In this document: piece by piece, positions 60,248-64,000 of the stretch
How the letters are laid out: each line of letters starts with the position of its first letter
Position numbering within the stretch: the stretch's first letter is position 1
From: Poseidonia sp.
GTDB lineage: Archaea; Thermoplasmatota; Poseidoniia; Poseidoniales; Poseidoniaceae
Direction: 5' to 3' (one strand)
Assembly (NCBI RefSeq): GCF_029250625.1
Contig: NZ_JAQXEX010000036.1
DNA: 64,000 nucleotides
The notes under the pieces: model-generated
What the model was told of the DNA's origin: nothing
What the model saw: the letters and a program-made list of their open reading frames with translations, nothing else
Databases searched by the model: none
Position numbers and translations under genes: made by a program

Positions 60248-61672
60248 ATGGGCGGGGCTTGGGTGAAGCGGTGGTCTCCCGATGGCGCCGGCCATGAACG
60301 CAGCCTTATCGGGGCACTGAACGTCCATCCGCCTCAATCCGTAAACAACATCAAATGGACATTACCGCCTTCAAAGAGCCATGCAATTCGTTTGATGGCC
60401 CTTGCTGCACAAGCAGAACAAACGGTGACCTTGCACGGTATGGAAAACGCTGGAGAAGATGCCATCTCAATGCGAAGGTGCCTAAGCCAAATGGGGATTG
60501 AATTTGAGAATTTAGATGCCGATGGCGCCGTTCTTACTCAGCCCTCAAATGCGGATTTCCTTCCTCCCGAAGCGACGACGGCCTGGCGAATACACGGCGT
60601 CGGCCCCAAAGGTTTCACGCATCCAGTAAGCGTCCTCCACGCTGGGAATTCAGGCACGGCACTTCGTATCTTGATGGCCCTCTCATCTCGATTTAATCGT
60701 CCGGTGATGTTGGACGGCGATGCCTCTCTGAGAGCGCGTCCACACGATGCAATGACAGAAACTCTCACAGAATTAGGGGTTTCATGCTCGTTTGGCCAGC
60801 TTGAAGAAGGTCTTCCATTACTTGCCGAGGGCCCATGGACTCAAACTGAATCCATGACCATCGATGTCAGTACCTCAAGCCAACCGGCCACTTCGTGGAT
60901 GCTTGCATCGCCAGCCTCTCCAGCATCGGTCAATGTAGTGTACCAAGGCAGTCCTGTTTCCAAGCGCCATGCCCAACTTACCCTTCGTCTGTGCAGGGAA
61001 TTTGGAGCTCCTTTTGGGGACGCTCTACCTGAGCAATTTGAACCTTGGACTCCACGTTCACAACATGATGCGATTACGGTGCCCAAGGACATGTCACTCG
61101 CTTCCTTCGGATTCCTTGCCGCCAAAGTGCTCAACATTCCAGTCACCTTTGACGAAATGCCCTCGCCGGAGGAAGGTTTGGGTCACGAAATTCTTCTTGA
61201 ACGAACGGACGTGCTCGGATTTGATGTCAAGGGGAGTACGGTTCAATCGAACTCGGAAGGTCGACATGAGAATCTTGACCTTCGAGATAGCAACGATTTG
61301 ATCACCCCGGTTGCCGCTATGATGGCTCTTGGAGCAGGTGGTCGAATTGTCGGTGCCGCACATGCGGCCTACAAAGAGAGCAACAGAATCACAAAAACCC
61401 GTGAACTTCTTGAACAGTTTGGGTTGAAATGTACGGCCCATGAAGATGGACTTGAAGTACCGGGGGGGCAACAAATCTCTACTCCGGACTCCCTGGTATT
61501 AACTCATGATGACCACAGGCTGCAGATGACCGCACTTGTTTTGGCCATGGGTTGTGAACGTCAGGTTAGGATTGAAGGTGACGGACTGCATGCCGTTGCG
61601 GATCCACAAGCTGTGTCCAGATGGATGGATGCTGGCGTAGCCATTGAGTCCTTTCTCTATCAACCCGAATGA
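60248..61672 (+). CDS. aroA: 3-phosphoshikimate 1-carboxyvinyltransferase (EPSP synthase)
   Basis: LPPSKSHAIRLMALAAQA (LPGSKS..nR), the inside-out alpha/beta EPT fold, and a C-terminal active-site LTHDDHRLQMTALVLA. The start is possibly internal. Confidence 0.8.
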   Translation: MGGAWVKRWSPDGAGHERSLIGALNVHPPQSVNNIKWTLPPSKSHAIRLMALAAQAEQTVTLHGMENAGEDAISMRRCLSQMGIEFENLDADGAVLTQPSNADFLPPEATTAWRIHGVGPKGFTHPVSVLHAGNSGTALRILMALSSRFNRPVMLDGDASLRARPHDAMTETLTELGVSCSFGQLEEGLPLLAEGPWTQTESMTIDVSTSSQPATSWMLASPASPASVNVVYQGSPVSKRHAQLTLRLCREFGAPFGDALPEQFEPWTPRSQHDAITVPKDMSLASFGFLAAKVLNIPVTFDEMPSPEEGLGHEILLERTDVLGFDVKGSTVQSNSEGRHENLDLRDSNDLITPVAAMMALGAGGRIVGAAHAAYKESNRITKTRELLEQFGLKCTAHEDGLEVPGGQQISTPDSLVLTHDDHRLQMTALVLAMGCERQVRIEGDGLHAVADPQAVSRWMDAGVAIESFLYQPE

Positions 61673-63691
61673 TCAGCCATGCCGGCCAAAGTGATGGTCC
61701 AACGAGTCAATTGGAATTCGTAGGGAGGTTGGTCGGCCGTGAACGCAGGCCCATGGATTTGGTATCCTTCGCATGTCTTCCAACAGGCGCCGCATTTCTG
61801 GAAGGGTGAGTGATTGGTTGGCTTTGACCGCACCCCGGCAAGCATTCATGAAAGCGATGTGGTCTTTCTTGGCTTCAATGGTGGCTAACGGCCCTTCGTC
61901 ACCAGAGATGTCTTGCAACACATCGAGGAAAAATGGGCGGATTTCTTCACCTGAAATCAACTGTGGTGATGCGGTTAGGTACCATGAATCATCGGTACGT
62001 TCAAGGTGAAATCCTAATTCATGAAGGCGCGTTTTGTTGGCATCAACTACGGCGGATTGTCGGGCGTCGAGGTTCAAGTCCAACGCCTCAAGACGCGATT
62101 GCGGCTCCCATGATTGACCGGAGTTGCGTAACCGTTCAAATCGAATTCGCTCATGAAGTGCATGTTGGTCGATCAACAGCAGTTCTTCTTCTGCTTGAAC
62201 CAAAATGTACGAGTTGGCAAACTGCGCAAGAGGCTCCATCGCAGGAAGGTCATTCAGGACGCCATCAAGAGGGGTTTCATCGCTCGGAGATTGCTGTGCT
62301 CCCTTTCCTGCATGGCGATGCAGTGTTCGTTCAGCCGGGGAAAGTGCAGGCGCAATTGGCTTTCCTTCGTTGGTAGGGAGGAGTGTTTGTCCGAGTGGAG
62401 ATTGAGACACTGGTCGTTGCTTTTCCTTTGCCGGTGCTTCTTCAGCCTTCTCTCCGGTCAAGGCCAACTGTTGTCCTGCTGCTATCGCCCATGCAGGAGG
62501 GGCACTTCGCAACGCTGGCGATGGGGCAGCGCTAGGTTCAGTAATTCCAGCCGCTTGTTGAATGGCTGCATCAGGCGTGATAGATTCCGCTCTAGGCTCT
62601 AAGTAGGTTTCTACCGACTTCACATTTCCTCCACCGGAAAGACCTCGCAATTCGGGGATGCCTCCAGTAGCGTCGGGTTGAGTTGGAATCGATTCCAAAG
62701 AATGAGCTATGCACCGTTCAAGTCGTTCAAGAACACGCCAAGAATGGCGGAGTCGGACTTCACGTTTGGTTGGATGGACGTTCACATCAACTTCGCCCGG
62801 TGGGCAGGTGAGGTTGAGCACTGCCAGAGGATGCCTTCCCTGCATCAGTCGAGTCTTGTATCCTCGGCGAACGGCTTGTAAGAACGGTCCTGCGGCCACG
62901 GGTCTGCCGTTGATGAGGACATGGATGTCGTCGCCCTTTCCACGGGTGATATCAGGTGTACTGATCCAACCAGACCAGCGTTCATCACCTGGTGCATTGT
63001 GATCTTCTGATGGTTGTTGCAGTGGTAACATCTCATTGGCTTGACTTCCAAGGATGTCATACAATCGGTCGATCATGTCTTCTGTAGACGGGACGTTGAG
63101 TAGACTTCTGCTCTCGCTTTTGAGGTGAAACGCTGTCTCCGGGTGGGCCAGTGCATGACTGACAACGACGTCAACAATCCGTGATGTTTCTGTCTCGGCT
63201 CGTCGTTGGAATGCAAGCCTTGCCGGCGTGTTTTGAAACAGATGCTCAACACTTATTCTCGTACCTGCACCCATTCCTATCGGCTCGAGTTCAGATTTAA
63301 TCCCATCCTCCATGACAATGGTAGCGCCTTCCATGGCGGGAGGCTTGCTGGAAATTTCTAATCGGGCCACCATCCCGATGCTGGCGAGAGCCTCACCTCT
63401 GAAACCAAGCGAATTGATCTCAGCCAAATCCTTCTTTGATTGTAACTTTGAAGTTGCATGACGATCGAGTGCCTTAGGAAGGTCATCGGGGTGGATTCCA
63501 GAGCCATTATCTTCCACAACAAGTCGGTCAAAACCGCCCCGCTCAACGGTGATTGTAATCTCTGTGGCCTGCGCATCAAGACTGTTTTCAATCAATTCTT
63601 TGACCACTTGGGCAGGCCGTTCAACGACTTCACCCGCAGCGATATGGCCGATGGTAGTGTCATCGAGCTGAACGATGCGACTCGGTTTCAT
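61673..63691 (-). CDS. mutL: DNA mismatch repair protein MutL
   Basis: GHKL ATPase motifs IAAGEVVERPAQVVKELIENSLDA and VEDNGSGI, and a C-terminal dimerisation domain. Its start overlaps the mutS stop. Confidence 0.85.
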   Translation of the reverse strand: MKPSRIVQLDDTTIGHIAAGEVVERPAQVVKELIENSLDAQATEITITVERGGFDRLVVEDNGSGIHPDDLPKALDRHATSKLQSKKDLAEINSLGFRGEALASIGMVARLEISSKPPAMEGATIVMEDGIKSELEPIGMGAGTRISVEHLFQNTPARLAFQRRAETETSRIVDVVVSHALAHPETAFHLKSESRSLLNVPSTEDMIDRLYDILGSQANEMLPLQQPSEDHNAPGDERWSGWISTPDITRGKGDDIHVLINGRPVAAGPFLQAVRRGYKTRLMQGRHPLAVLNLTCPPGEVDVNVHPTKREVRLRHSWRVLERLERCIAHSLESIPTQPDATGGIPELRGLSGGGNVKSVETYLEPRAESITPDAAIQQAAGITEPSAAPSPALRSAPPAWAIAAGQQLALTGEKAEEAPAKEKQRPVSQSPLGQTLLPTNEGKPIAPALSPAERTLHRHAGKGAQQSPSDETPLDGVLNDLPAMEPLAQFANSYILVQAEEELLLIDQHALHERIRFERLRNSGQSWEPQSRLEALDLNLDARQSAVVDANKTRLHELGFHLERTDDSWYLTASPQLISGEEIRPFFLDVLQDISGDEGPLATIEAKKDHIAFMNACRGAVKANQSLTLPEMRRLLEDMRRIPNPWACVHGRPTSLRIPIDSLDHHFGRHG

Positions 63692-64000
63692 GAGGCGTCC
63701 TCCATCGTTGATTTCAGGCTATAGAGTGCTTCGAGTGCTTGCCTTGGAGACAATTCATCAATGTTGGTCGTATTCAACATGTTCAGGATGGTTTCAATGT
63801 ATTTTGGAAGTGGCTGATCCTCAGCAGGCTCTTTGGTCGACATGGCTGCTGCGGCGAAATAACCCATCAAACTTGCTTGGCCGTGGTCCCTTGATTGTGG
63901 CGTCCCTTGTTCACCAGCCTTTGCACCCTGGGCTTGTTGTTCCAAGAACGCAAGCAGGTCTGTTGCCCGTTCAACTACATTCCTTGGTAGCCCTGCAAGC
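63688..64000 (-). CDS. mutS: DNA mismatch repair protein MutS, C-terminal end (gene continues beyond the window)
   Basis: C-terminus ...LSPRQALEALYSLKSTM parallels the E. coli MutS C-terminus LTPRQALEWIYRLKSLV. The frame stays open to the window edge. Confidence 0.6.
   Translation of the reverse strand, partial: LAGLPRNVVERATDLLAFLEQQAQGAKAGEQGTPQSRDHGQASLMGYFAAAAMSTKEPAEDQPLPKYIETILNMLNTTNIDELSPRQALEALYSLKSTMEDAS

Overview
This window reads as a mostly chromosomal, gene-dense stretch of an archaeal genome at about 50-55% GC, with tightly packed and often overlapping operons. I did not recognise any tRNA, rRNA, CRISPR array, integrase or transposase.

The archaeal identity rests on hallmark genes: Orc1/Cdc6, aIF2-gamma, ribosomal protein S6e, Dph2, a Hel308-type helicase, the KEOPS subunit Cgi121, RPA with a zinc ribbon, geranylgeranyl reductase, and a class-III-signal pilin. 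These are mixed with bacterial-type genes: DNA gyrase GyrB/GyrA, MutS/MutL, TldD/PmbA, a class-II (bacterial-type) CCA-adding enzyme and a class-II HMG-CoA reductase. Together with the very acidic proteins and the abundance of secreted peptidases, this fits a euryarchaeon of the marine group II / Thermoplasmata type. That assignment is an inference, not a search result.

The content is mainly housekeeping. It covers replication and repair (orc1/cdc6, rpa module, hel308, gyrBA, mutSL), translation (rps6e-eif2g-PIN cluster, dph2, cca), isoprenoid lipids (hmgA, idsA-ggr), shikimate genes (aroD, aroA), moaA and an acyl-CoA dehydrogenase.

The less ordinary parts are:
- A three-gene operon led by an Arch_ATPase-family protein with a degenerate P-loop and a roughly 270-aa acidic disordered linker before a C-terminal winged helix. 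It is followed by a beta-propeller/TPR protein and a small conserved archaeal protein. A symmetric array of TTAACGC/GCGTTAA half-sites lies upstream. This is my lead candidate for an undescribed module.
- A cell-surface proteolysis island: an M28 peptidase, a 1403-aa HExxH...E metalloprotease with multiple PKD domains, and a co-transcribed surface partner.
- A bacterial-Tad-like split TadB/TadC plus ATPase module fused onto the 3' end of the rpa operon, with an archaeal pilin encoded 5 kb away.
- A GyrA carrying a Cys-rich insertion in its C-terminal domain.
- A thymidylate kinase fused to an unknown roughly 250-aa domain.
- A protein with tandem SAP/HeH motifs paired with a divergent HemC-fold protein.
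- An EF-hand-pair protein.

All family assignments come from motif recognition by eye, since no searches could be run. Gene starts were re-evaluated where the supplied ORF track used TTG/GTG or spurious upstream Met codons.
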